Of a stretch of 64,000 bases of DNA, positions 39,521 to 52,573 are shown piece by piece. A program made the translations under genes and the position numbers. The notes beneath the pieces were generated by a model, which was not told the origin of the DNA, made no database searches, and worked only from the letters and a program-made list of their open reading frames with translations. Origin of the DNA: Epiperipatus broadwayi (Eukaryota > Animalia > Onychophora); assembly GCA_028023455.1 (NCBI GenBank), contig JAQFVV010000006.1:6696001-6760000 (forward strand), given 5' to 3'. Numbering within the stretch: the first letter of the stretch is position 1; each line of letters begins with the position of its first letter.

Positions 39521-41744
39521 CAACAGTTTAATTAATAAATGTCAAATATTGCTGCCCTCATAACTTTGACACAAATCACTTAATGAGAGTTATATTAATA
39601 ATTTTTATTAGTCATTCATTAGACTAGAGATTATCCAATAATGAATAGTATTTCTGTAGTGTAACTTTCACTATACCACTCCCACGCAAGGTAGGGACTG
39701 GTTTCTTTATTTATATGTTTCTAAAATGTGCAGTGGAGTGGAGGTTATTAACTACTGTACACTTGTAACATAAAATAATTTTATTATTAAAAGAATATTT
39801 TATTTCGTGAAATATGCTATTTCGTAAAAATGTAAAGTAATTAAAGATATGTATAAACAAAAACAATTTATATAATTCTTTATTATAGTATAAGGATTAC
39901 GATAATATTACTAATTATATTTTTAAATTTTAAAATCAAATAATAATTTGCTTCTTTTTATATATATCAAAAATACATTGCTTTATGGAATCTCTAGTAA
40001 CCTACTTATTTAATGCCCGCAGGGTTTTACTTCATTCAGTATTCAAGACATAATTTCTTTCAAAAAAACAAAACAAGTTGAAACGCAGTAAGTTAAGGGT
40101 TACAACTCGCACTTTAAATTAAACTGTAAATAAGATGAAGAAAACATCCACAATTGAATTTTTCTTTGATCTTTGCAAGTCACAGAAATAAAACATTAGT
40201 AATATACCATTCCTTCTGCAGCTAATAAAAATACGGCGCTAATATCGATTTACATTTGTTTAAAGAACAACTGAGGATTAGAAATTTTAAAAAAAAGTTA
40301 AAAATTCGACTTGGAACTTAACATCAACTAATAAACTAATAAAAAAAATCTTTACGGTTTTAAAACAAGAAAAGTCGAGGGGAGACGACGACCTAACGTT
40401 GTCTTGCTAAAACTAATTAACAAGAACTCCACTACCAAAGAAAAGCATTATTTCCACTAACCTAGTACTTCATCAGCGTTGAATATTAAATTAAAGCGTA
40501 AGTATACCCACGTGACCATTATAACTACTTCACACATTTCCTTTTTTTTCTTCCGATATGTTAAACAGGTTATCAAACTCCAAATTACATCCAAAACATA
40601 ATTACTTCGACAAAAGAAAATAAAATCGATTTTACTTCTGTTTTTCCGGTTATAGTTTAACATTCGTAGTATATTACCGTGAAATTTATATCGATAAAAT
40701 ATAAAAGCATACACGTTCTTCCACTGAAAAATTATGTTTACATATAAAGAATTAAACGAGACAGAATTCTTAAACTAAAACCTCCAATGATTAGACAGAT
40801 AAATATGGAATTTAAATTTGACCTTTTTTTTTTTCCATTTCGAATAAAGTAATGTGCACAATTAAATATTAATCATAGATATCAAAACAATGTGTTGTGT
40901 GTGTGCGTGTGATAATTAATATTCTCATTCATCTTCAGAAAACGTAGACAGACGCCAACTTTTATTGTATGGGTGAATATGAAGCTTATTTTATTTCATG
41001 CACGTAGACGCTATATACTTTATAGTGAGAGACAGATAAGCTCTAAAATAAGAATATAACAACTACATCATTTGCATTTAACGACAAAAATATAAAGATA
41101 CAACTTATTTTTCTTCCTAGCATCCTATAAATAAAGCAGCAGAGATGGGGAGGAAAACATAATAAGAAAAAAAAAGTAGAATAAGAAAAAAAATGTAAAC
41201 AAGTGCAAATAACCAAACTTGGCAATATCTACCTACTCAGAATAATTTGAGTGTATTTAAACATAGTCAACAGTAAGGGTTATCATGATTTAAATCTATA
41301 TTTTTTTTAACTCTTTTTTCAAGACGATTCCATCTTCCCTCCGTTTATGAATAAAAACACAGCATCATTAAATGATTACCGTTTTTAGCAGTTACTAAAA
41401 AAAATCTGAAAGCTAAGCTAAATATATTTCTGACAGAATTAAACTAAGACGGATTTCACATTAATGAAAATAAAACATACAATGTTTAAAATTATAAAGC
41501 ATCCGCATGGATACATTATTTTTAATATAAAGTTCTTATTTTGATTTTAAAAAAAAAAGAGTTTACTGAATAAAAAAAAATCCAAACCGGTTTGTTTTTT
41601 ACCCCCTTCTCAACCCTAGTTAAAAACGAGTTTTTTTTTATTAATGATTTTTCAAACGACAAAATAATATCATGCAGACAGCCAATTAATTCGTAGAATC
41701 CTTTCTCTCATACAAAGCTAATGAAAACACTTCGTGTTACTTAC

Positions 41745-41948
41745 CACAGCCTTTGATGTCGGTACGTCTTCGGGTCGTTCATTTGATGCTGGTGCCGCGT
41801 TTGACAACCGTGACAAGCACAATAAAATTATAACAGAAATAAAGGTCCGGCTAAACAATTTAGTCCACCTTTCCAATGAATGTGTGTTTAATATAGACCG
41901 GGAGATCCTAGTTGAAATAAATGGAACGACTCCTTTTGTAGAATACAT
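41745..41948 (-). CDS. Candidate first coding exon of a secreted protein (signal peptide-like); start codon uncertain
   Basis: MYSTKGVVPF...WTKLFSRTFISVIILLCLSRLSNA|APASNERPEDVPTSKAV ends at a consensus donor GTG|GTAAGT (phase 0). The frame is open upstream to 42110 and lies in a CpG-richer zone. Protein family not recognised. Confidence 0.55.
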
Positions 41949-44141
41949 TTGGTCATATATTTTTTCACTCGGCCGTGTGTCAAAGCTCACAGTTGCTTGC
42001 ACAAATCTACTACAATACATAGGGAAAACTTCTAGCTTCACACTACGGTGATCTAAACTAGAAATCTGAAGCATATGAGAAGATGCATTGAAAAGCCTGC
42101 TAACGAACATGAGAACAATATTTGCAGCTACTCATATATATAGTTAAACTTCCTTTTTTTAAAAAAAAGTCGATGTGATTCAAGTTGCTGAACTATGCAA
42201 ATAATAAAACAAATGCAATTTGGAGAACAAAAATCGGTCGTCTATTTTTCAAACACTCTACAGAGGCACTAGACACCACAAAATATATAAAGTTTTATTT
42301 GCGCCCTCTAGTAATCTCTGCTTGAATTAATTTTAAACCTAAGGAAGGATAGTTAAAAAAAAAAATTTGCATGACTATTACTTCTAAATTATTGATTAGT
42401 CATAAAACTAAGACTAATATATATATATAATCAGTTTTTATATCAACGAGTAGTTAAAAATAGTAAGCTATAATATAAAAAAGTAATTATTTTATGAAGT
42501 AAATAATTAAAAAAAAAATGTAATTTATTGAATGAAAATCGGTCCTTCCTTTCTAAAAAGATTTAGTAAGATTTTTCTGTTTTTATTTATTTGGGCTGTC
42601 TTGTTATAGTTTTGAATTTATGGCTAATCATCTGTTCGATTTTCATATTGCGCAAAGGCACATTCATTTTTATAATGATGAAATCCATCCACCCCATTTT
42701 TGATCATCCTCTTTATCTTTTGCAATCAACCTTTCTGAATAGTATAAGCTTTTTTAATGGATTATATCATCACATGATATGGGCAAAATAAGACAATTTA
42801 AACATGGTCTTCTATGTTTTATGCAAGAATCCAAGTTCAATCTGTCTTGTATTATCTTATTTTTGTTGTCATGGAAATCTAAAGTTTTTGCCAGCCCCAC
42901 AATTTAAAAACATCAATACTTTTCATATCCTCATTATTTTCATTGAAAATCTGTCTAGTAAGTAACTATTTTAATTATTTGCTCCAACAAAAAAGTTAAA
43001 GGCATTTTAGGAAGCTTAAATATGTTGAACCACTATTCTCCATTTGGGACTGTTCTAACTATAACAGTGAACATCCCAAATTTTGGAAAACACCTCAGGA
43101 TATCTAAATTCCCATTTATTTGTTTTTATAAAAAAAACCTGCTTCACAGTTCAATTAATGGGCTGCTCATTCTTATTTTTGTGTTCAAATGTTGGACATG
43201 AGACTTAAAAACTTCTGGGTTGAGGCTCAATCTGTTAATTTTGATGCTCAAATGCCACATTATCTCCTGAGCAACTAACCATTCAATTTTTTTTTTTTTA
43301 ATGTGATAATGATTGCAATATCAGCAAGATTCAAGACAGCCCTTTAAAAAAGGTTAATTAAATCATGCACCTATAGTTTTAGGCAACAGTAAAATAGAAG
43401 AACATAAAATTTGGGGTTCATGGGAGTCATGGCCCATTTTTTTCACTTTTAGTGCTCAAACGTCTAATAAACTCCTAAACAATATGACATTTGTTAATTA
43501 TATTTTTAGATTGTTTTAACAGCAAGTAGAAAAATATGTCACGGAATTAGAGATTTAAATAAGAAAAAATAATTACTTACTATATATTATGAATAAAAGT
43601 ATTTGGCATGGCAGAGAGGTGTGTGTGTAAAAAACTAGTCTTGATTAAGACAGAGAATTATTTCTAAAATCAATATAAAAAAATTGGCTTTTACAAAAAC
43701 ACAAGCATCTTATTGGTATAATGTTCAATTCATCTACCAGCTATGCCAATGATATGGAGTTTGATTCCTGCTTAAATGAACTTATATATTCTTTTTCTTT
43801 TCAGGCAGCCACTAACAAACAATCTGGTCATATCAACAGTTATTGACAAATCATCGTCATCATCATTAGAAGTCATTTTAAAATGAATGTGGTTATTTGA
43901 ACTTCAGAAGTTTTTTTACCTCCGCCCCTCAAAACGTCAAAGAAAAAAAAAATAAAAAGAAGTTTAGGAATGACTATGCTAAAGGTATTTAGATGTTCCT
44001 AGCAAGGTTAAAGGTCATAGATTATCGAAGTATCAAAGTATTAACGATAAATGTAAAAAAAAATATTATTGTAATATATAATTTTCAACTTTAATAACTG
44101 AAATACGGGCTTATTATATACCTGTATCAATATATGTAATA

Positions 44142-44659
44142 ATATAGGGTATATGAGCACAGACTTTCACACGACCCACCACTCTCCACTCTATCTCATA
44201 ACACTAATACACTTGAACACATATATATCGAAAAGACAAATAATCACCAATATACATATTTCATGCTAAACCAGCAATCATCAGTTGGTCCAGATTATCA
44301 TCTCTATACATATATGCAATAAGTGTTCAGATATATATTAAGACAGCCAATCTTCATACTTTAATGGACAGGCTTAAATCCACTCCACACTTCAACCCTT
44401 AAACCGTCCATCCATTTGGATATGTGAAGTAAATTGAAGCCTGTCCATTAGGGCATAAAGATTGGCTGCCTTAATATATATCTGAGCCACTTATTGAATA
44501 TATGTGTGGAGATAATAATCTGGACCAACTGATGATTGCTGGTTTAGCATGAAATACGTATATTGGTGATTATTTATCTTTTCGACATATATGTGTTTAA
44601 GTGTATTAGTGTTATGAGATAGAGTGGAGAGTGGTGGGTCATGTGAAAGTCTGTGCTCA
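44142..44659. mobile_element. Family A long palindrome (about 240-bp arms) with two mirror HHRs
   Basis: TGAGCACAGACTTTCAC (44154) and GTGAAAGTCTGTGCTCA (ending 44659). HHR cores at 44246-44289 (minus) and 44524-44567 (plus). Confidence 0.92.
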
Positions 44660-45679
44660 ATTTTCAACTTTAGTAAAAAAATGTCCTATTTCAAAGATCC
44701 CCTAGTCTTTGACAATCTTTATATTTTCTTTACAAAAAATACCAATGCTCCATTTGAAGTAGCAGATGTTGTACTAACTTGGACATAACATAAAACTAAT
44801 AATGATTACCATATTATTACTTTGATTATTCTATCAAAATAAATTATGTTTTTTTTTTAAATTTGTATTAAAATGTTCTATGAGTGAACAAAGATAAAAT
44901 TTTCACAGCAGATATGTTGGCATATTGCAGTGTAGAGTAAATCAGTTTTTATCAATGATTATGGGTCCCTATAGGTTTAGTGCTATATTGGATTGGAAGA
45001 TTGTGGATCTCAGAGTCTATGGATCATGTTTCCACTTCCAAACTTACAGTATTCAAACTTTTATAAACTTTCAAGCAATAAAGCACCTAATTATTTATCA
45101 ATAATTATGTTTTCTCACTATTATCATGGGGCACATCGAATAATAGCATTAACACAATGTTTTCCCTAATCCTTAAATATTTCAATTTAAAAAATATTAT
45201 TTCAAATAATTTTATTGATTTTAACAAAAATAATAGTGAGACTTCAAGAAAACCTAAACCAAAATAAAATTATCATCTTGTCCAAATACAAATTAAATTT
45301 TGATTATCTAGCTACAATGTGCTAATGTATAAGCTTGTAAGTTATAAACAATGAGGACTCTCTGAGGAGTGCCAGAGCATGAAACCATGGTCAAAGGATT
45401 AGGGGGTGGGTCCTGACAGAGATATTTTAAATGCTTTCTCTAGCTAAGCATTTATCACAGTGCTAATGTATATTTTGGAAAATTCCAAGTCTAAATAACC
45501 AAAAGATTTGGACCAATTAAGACTCAACATGCCTTGTACCCAATTTCAGTTTTAAAAAATAAAAGGAGGGGGGGATAAATTGTTCATCTATGATATTAGA
45601 GTTTTTATAATGAATGTCTTAATATCATTACTAGATGAAAGCCTAATGAAAGATATATATTAAAAAAGTCTAAACCATT

Positions 45680-45830
45680 CACATATATTGGTGATTATTT
45701 ATCTTTTCAACATGTGTGTGATCAAGAGTATCAACAGTATGAAATAGTGTGGATGGTTGAGAGACATGTGAAAGTCTGAGTTCAAACCCCCTATATATTA
45801 CATATTGGAGTGCAGGTATAAAAAAGCATG
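45680..45830 (+). mobile_element. Family A fragment beginning at about the HHR cleavage site
   Basis: CATATATTGGTGATTATTTATCTTTTC...GTGAAAGTCTGAGTTCAAACCCCCTATA. Confidence 0.85.
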
Positions 45831-46099
45831 TACTGTAGAAAAAATTAAAAAGCCCAAAGTAAACTTTTTTTAAAAAAAAAAAGAAAATAAAGATTGGCCA
45901 TAATAAATTAGAATTATCAGCTAAAAATATCTTGATTATGTTACTAATACAGATTAAAGCATAGCGGATTAGATTAATCATAGAAGTAATCTTGTATGGA
46001 AAGTTTTTGGCAGAAGTAACTTAATATTAAAGGGAATTATACCTATATGCTTGAAAAAGTAGACTTTTAGTAAATAAGTTTTATAGTACTTACTTACAT

Positions 46100-46490
46100 A
46101 TCTGAGATTTGGATTCTATGGAAAAAGAGAAGTGCAGAAACTTCAGAGCAAACAGTAGAGAGATATATATGAATACTATCAAAGGGAAGTTGAAAATAAG
46201 ATACATCATGGAGGAATAGTAAAAAAAAAATAAGAATCTGACATGGAAATGGTTGGACATGTCATTAGAAAAAAACTATAATAGATGGGCAACTGAAATT
46301 TTAGATGAAATTCCAAAAGATTGTAAAAGCATAGAAAGGAACCACTTGTGAGATGGCTGATTGAAATAAGGATGTTTTCTGGAAATGATGTAGAGAAGTT
46401 ATGAATCAGAGAAACTGGAATAGACTTTGTGAGATCATTAATCTGCAATGAATTGTTGGTGTTTGATGACAGAAATGATGAAAGTGTTTA
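46100..46490 (+). mobile_element. RTE LINE 3' fragment
   Basis: GGTTGGACATGTCATTAG...CCAAAAGATTGTAAAAG...GTGAGATGGCTGATTGAAATAAGG, the same family as 4905-5260. Confidence 0.8.
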
Positions 46491-47089
46491 GGTATCATTT
46501 CAGTTTTCCCAAAACATTAAATGAGGTTGTTTTTTTGGATTATGCATATGGAGAAAATGTAAAACAAGACACAGCTCTGATTTTTTAAATGCATCAAAGA
46601 ATATGATTTTAGTTCCAACCACAAAATAATGTTAAATTGTTGGTCTGCCATAAAATTCTATTTTCAAACTGGAATTGAGAAGAATACCTTTCTCTAAGGT
46701 GGAAGGACATAGCTAGCAAAAAGCATCACTGACAAATAGTTATTATTGTACTGACTATTTAATACTGACTGGAACTCAGTGTGAAATTTTACCCAAAAGA
46801 TATTTGAACTGAGGCACAAGGATGGAAGACATATTACTCCCACAGCAATGAAGTCCCCTTTCCCTCTCATATCTACAATGTTTTAACTATAGTGTAATCA
46901 CCAGAATTTGTTGGCAATAGTTAATCATATTTATTTTGAAATTTTAAGTGCATACACACATACATAGGCATGTGTTTCATTATACACACATGTTGAAAAA
47001 ATCTATAACACACCTGTATGTACAGGTAAGAGTTTATACCTTATGAACATGTTAAACATGTGTACACATATATAAATGTCTTAAATTCC

Positions 47090-47725
47090 ATGTAATTCTC
47101 CTAATCTCTTATATCAAACAATGGCAATCTTTTCTATCCTTCTTCTTACTTCCACTCACCATTCTCTCCAAAACATCTTTCGTTAAGCTATAATTTGGTC
47201 TTAATATATGTCCAATCCAGTTTCTCTTTCTCATTTCCTCAATTTTTCATATACTGTTTTCAAAACTTCATTATTTTATTCATCAAATTGATTTTTTTTC
47301 ATTCTTCTCCATATCCACATCTCAAAGACTTCCAATATGGTCCTAATTTCATTATTTATTGTCCACATTTCACAACCATACAATACACTCCAAACATAGC
47401 ATTCAATTAGTCTTGTTCTTAATTCACTCTTCTTAATAAATGTCCCCTTTGCCAATGCTATTCTTCTTTTAAATTCTTTACTTCTTCCATGCTCACTAGA
47501 CCAGCTACCCAAATACTGAAATCCCTTTACCTGTTAAATTATGGCATCATGGATTTCAATTTGCAATCTTTTTGCATTTCTTTCTATCCATAAACATTTA
47601 GTCTTCTCAACATTAATCTTCATTCCATATTCCATATGTTGTATCTCCAATTTATTCTGAAGACATGCCACTTTTCATCCATAGCTATAAGAGCCATATC
47701 ATCTACAAATCTTACACATTTACAT
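47090..47725 (-). mobile_element. Second RTE family, RT domain to 3' region
   Basis: KCVRFVDDMALIAM (RT catalytic motif) and FKRRIALAKGTF...CYVWSVLYGCEMWT...EVFEMWIWRRM. Confidence 0.85.
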
Positions 47726-48170
47726 ACTATGTATTCATGTTAAATATATACATATATAGATGTAAACCGATTCGTGGAACTATTAGGACTGAGTAAATTA
47801 CTAAGAGAATTCACAATTTAGATTACTTAAGAATCATTGAAGTGAAATTGTAAATAACATCTACCTTTTGTTATATCAATGTTGTTAGATAAAGGTTGTT
47901 ACTTTTCATCAACCTTTCGCTTGTTTATATAATAATAAGTCAAGCAAATGATACCTGAAAATGCTGAAACTTTGTGTTAACATCAATTTTGTTTTTATAT
48001 TGGTCAACCCAATGTCCAGTTTCAAATACTAATTTTTAAGCATGATAATAGGCATGGAAATAATTTTACTGCTTATCAAATAAATGATATTTAGAATGTA
48101 AATCTATTCATGGGACTCAAAAGTCCAAACAGATTAGCATTGATAAAACAAAAGATCGGTGTTATTTACA

Positions 48171-48355
48171 ACCACTAAACATCACATGATCACCATATCT
48201 CTTATACTAGCACTGACGATGGCCACAAGCCAGAAACTAGTCTGGGGATATTGGATGAGTAGGCATTATATAGGGATTTTATGCACAAGACTTCTGGCAT
48301 CCATGGATTACTCTGGTTGGCACAGGGTGGCACTACTGTATGGAGAGTTTTGCCT
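48171..48355. mobile_element. Family B composite with 11-bp TSD
   Basis: About 35-bp inverted end followed by a plus copy starting at the HHR core. TSD TGTTATTTACA at 48160-48170 and 48356-48366. Confidence 0.9.
48211..48248 (+). ncRNA. Type I hammerhead core, family B (5' strand of stem I truncated)
   Basis: CA-CTGACGA-TGGC(CACAA)GCCA-GAAA-CTAG-TC-TGGGGA. Perfect core, GUC triplet, palindromic ACTAGT stem III. Confidence 0.8.
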
Positions 48356-50045
48356 TGTTATTTACACGTTTGTTTAAACAATTTTTTCAAAATCTAATTT
48401 GTGAATTATCTTAGTAGTGTATTTGAACTTGTTAGTTCCACAAATAGGTTCATATTTTTAGCTTTAGATATTTGATAATGGGTAAAATTATTTGCATGCT
48501 CAGTGAAATCATTTAAATATGTAGGTGTATACATACTGTATGTATATGTTGAAAACATTTATAGATATGTATATAAATATTACAGTGTGTGCATGTTAAA
48601 AATATGTAATCATATAAATAGGTGGGTGTATATATATTTTCACATACACACAAGTATATAGATGTATATACATACTGAATATACAATGCAAAAAATTCTT
48701 AATTTCATTTTGTAAGATATTTTTTAAATCACCAAAAATTGTTAATGCAGGTAATGAGTTCACTGATGTAGAAGATATAGTTAATAACTGTTGGAGTATT
48801 TTATTGCATCATTAGACTTTAAAAATGTCAAAAGTACAATCACATTTTTTGTTTTACAATCACTACATTACTAATCATCTGATTAATTCAGAATAATATG
48901 TGACCATTACCCTCCAGTTAGTAATAGATAGATATATTCTGAACAATGCTGGAGAATTACCATGTGATGTGTCATTGAAAGAGAAATCATAAAAGTACCT
49001 ATGAAGTGAAAAAAATCAAGAACTGCACAGTTCAAACTCAAGCTTCAGACCATGAGGATGGCAGGAAGATGGGTTAAAACCCTGCATTGCAACCCTTTCC
49101 CATTTAATAATGAAACAAAATTTTAATGCAAACACACATCTTAAAGCTATCCATTGTATAATTTTTGCAATTTATTTTAAATAAGAATTGCAAAAAATAA
49201 AATAACTCTTTAAATAAATACCCCACTATAGAGCAAACACCTTTTAGCCAACCCTTCTTAGATAAGCAATCAAGAAAGCACTACTTGCCAGCTGGTATTT
49301 GAATATTTTTTACATAGTTAGCTTATGATATTTAGATACTCATTCAATGACTAATATTAGATGGTTAGCAAAGTTAGCAATGGTCCAGATAGGTGAGAAA
49401 AAAATCTAAGCCTATTAAAAGCAATTTTTTGGTCTGAATTCAAACCTAGGTTATATACATGAGAGATGAATGCACCATCTCTGAACAAAGTGGCTCTACA
49501 GTAATCATTGTAATATGATATAAATAAAATAATAGAAATGTTTATACATTTTATTAAAGTAGATAAAAAACCTTGTTGCATGCTGCACTTATAGGGTTTG
49601 AACCCAATAAAACAAACATTTTAAAGTTCTAAAGGCCAATAGATATCTAGCTACTTTAAATTAATGAACCCAACACTAGGCAAGCTTAGTAAGCAGTACT
49701 TTCACTATTCTGTTTTGAACGTTTATTGGAAAACCTTGTTTACCCTACCACAAGAACTAATCAATAAATACTTTATCTGTTTCAATTACAACAATTTCTC
49801 TTAGAAAAGATATGTTGTGTGGCTGTGGATAAATGATTCCAATACTATTCACAAAAAAAATGTGGAGAATCTCCTTTTTTTTTTTTCTCCCCCCCCCCCC
49901 CTCTTTACCCAAATAAAAATTTTTTTTTTTTGTGATAATATATAAAATTTTTTTTTAATTTTTTTATTTTCTCCCCAAAAAAAAAAAAAAATAAAAAAAA
50001 AAAAAAAAAAAAAAATTTGGGGGTAAAAAAAAAAAAAAAAAATAA

Positions 50046-50087
<42 letters not shown>

Positions 50088-50161
50088 GATCATCTTTATG
50101 TCTAAACAAATGGATCAACAATTCAAAAGATAGGGTTGAACAAGATGATAAGTATAAAATT

Positions 50162-50445
50162 ATACATTCAATAATTTGTCAAGGCCCTCATGAAAGTATC
50201 ACTTATTATGGAGAGGTGAAAGCTAATTTGTCAATGCATTTACAATAACACATAAACCAATATAAAAATCTAAAATGGATTCTGAAATTACTTGTTTCTC
50301 TAGTCAAGAGAAAAATTCTGGACATAAATTTCATCCTCAAATACTTAATGTTGTCTGCAATGAGCCTAATGATAAGAAGAGGAACATAAAAGAGGCCTGG
50401 TTTATTGCCAAGTCTAATAACATTGTTAATCTAAAAAAATACTAG
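50162..50445 (+). pseudogene. PLE GIY-YIG endonuclease remnant
   Basis: IHSIICQGPHESITYYGEVKANLSMHLQ*H, then after a frameshift SGHKFHPQILNVVCNEPNDKKRNIKEAWFIAKSNNIVN. Confidence 0.75.
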
Positions 50446-51564
50446 TATCCCATTTTAGTATGTTCATCATGAGTCTGGAATACAATACTGAAATCATGTT
50501 CAGATAAATATTATTATCAAATTTATCTTAACTGTATGACACATAGATATATATGTGTGTAGAATTAATATTGTAAACAGAGTTATTTATTTATATTTAC
50601 TGGCAATTAGGTGATACTGGAGTCTCGGTTCCTCGTAGGGGTAGCTTATCCTCTGCGGATTCTTGAGGGTAACTTCCAGGTGATTTTCTCTACTACTTTG
50701 TTCCTCTCTAGTATTCTGGGTGTTAGAATTGATCCCAATTCATCATATTTCAATAGTTGGTGCTCCTTCGCTCAGTTGCAACTCGATCATCATAAATCTG
50801 TGGTCGATGGCCTCAGTCATCTTATCAATTTTACCTCGTATATCAGTGATATTCTCAATCAGCTTTTATTAAAAAAAATACTTACTGTACTGTATCTTTA
50901 TTTTTTAAAATAAAAGGAACAACCATATGTCAGACTTTTATTACAACTAAACATCTCTGGATGATATTTTTTACCGCCAATAACTTTTTTCCTCCTATAG
51001 GAAATTAAATAGTACTCTCTTTACCAACAACTATCATCTCTCTAATTGTTATGATGTTTTTAAATCTGTTTTGACTTCAGAATCTACAGTCATCACTGCT
51101 TGCTATTACTTAATTTTAAATTCCCAATTAAACTATTCAAACTTAAAGCTTTCTAATACATTGCATAAAAGGTTCTACCTTTTTTCTGTCACTACTAAAT
51201 GAATAACTTTTTTTTAATCACTTTTTTGAACTTCAAATTTTTAAATTTCGTAAATCTCTTATATTTACACTTAGATTTCACTTTATTAGAGGAAATATGA
51301 TATCACCTAACCTGAATTTTTTTTATTAATAAACAAGGTAACACAAACCTTCTTGAGACAAAACCATATCATAATAATTATTTATGAATTTTAATATTTT
51401 TAGAGGTAATCATGCGCAGTCATTCCAAAACAATAAAAATGGCCACTGCCATATTATAAAATTTATGAAATTTATGAATTACGTTGGTTTTTTGTTTGTT
51501 TGTTTATTCTTTTTGTTTTCTTGCATTTTTTTGGATAGCACTTAATTGAAGTAGTGTATTACCA

Positions 51565-52010
<446 letters not shown>

Positions 52011-52037
52011 GTGTATATATATATGTAATATAATGTG

Positions 52038-52308
52038 GGTGCTAAGAGCTCCAAACAAGCTTTTCCTATAAATTCTGGAAGAGAAAACATATAAAATCTC
52101 TGTCTAGAATTATCCCTATCCCCCAAAACGGTTTTGAGAACCATTAGTTTGAAACCAGTTTGGAATCTAGTGTCTGAATATTTTAATGCCTCACTGGGAA
52201 CAGCCATCAGCTGGAAAACAGTTTGGGGATAGGGATAATTCTACACAGAGATTTTAAACACTGTCACTTCTGGCATTTATGGGAAAAGCTTGTTTAGAGC
52301 TATTAGCA
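52038..52308. mobile_element. Foldback/MITE-like element
   Basis: Outer IR TGCTAAGAGCTCCAAACAAGCTTTTCCTATAAAT / ATTTATGGGAAAAGCTTGTTTAGAGCTATTAGCA. Inner IR TAGAATTATCCCTATCCCCCAAAAC / GTTTGGGGATAGGGATAATTCTA. Confidence 0.75.
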
Positions 52309-52529
52309 TGATCATTATATTACATTTGTAGTACAAGCTTATTAAGTTAAGACATATGATGTATGCCTTGATTTTCTTACTATATATATATGAAAAACAA
52401 AATCAAGTTAAAAACTTGTTAATGCTTGTATTTATGTCAACAGATGGCGTTCTACCAAAAACACCATCAAGCGTATTTCGTTTACATAAACGTCAGAGAA
52501 TGCATTCACTATCTCTAACTTTAATTCCA

Positions 52530-52573
52530 CTTTCAGATCATGATTTCAAGCTATTTGCTATCATCAGTGAAAG
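52530..52573 (-). ncRNA. Type I hammerhead ribozyme, family C
   Basis: Exact reverse complement of 52978-53021. Confidence 0.85.

Noticed and set aside
40445-40485. Minus-strand CTGATGA...GGAAA
   Set aside because: Stem II does not close on the core, and there is no NUH triplet or stem I.
41734-42051. 105-aa plus-strand ORF
   Set aside because: Antisense overlap of the candidate exon; no splice or protein features support it.
948-48377. Remaining short 60-117 aa ORFs in the track
   Set aside because: Composition-driven (F/I/L/K/N-rich) or antisense to RTE or HHR repeats, with no recognisable domains.
49849-50121. Poly-Phe/Lys ORFs (also 36854-37091) and homopolymer-rich blocks (also about 58960-59300)
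   Set aside because: Low-complexity A/T runs that look like unpolished long-read sequence; not coding.
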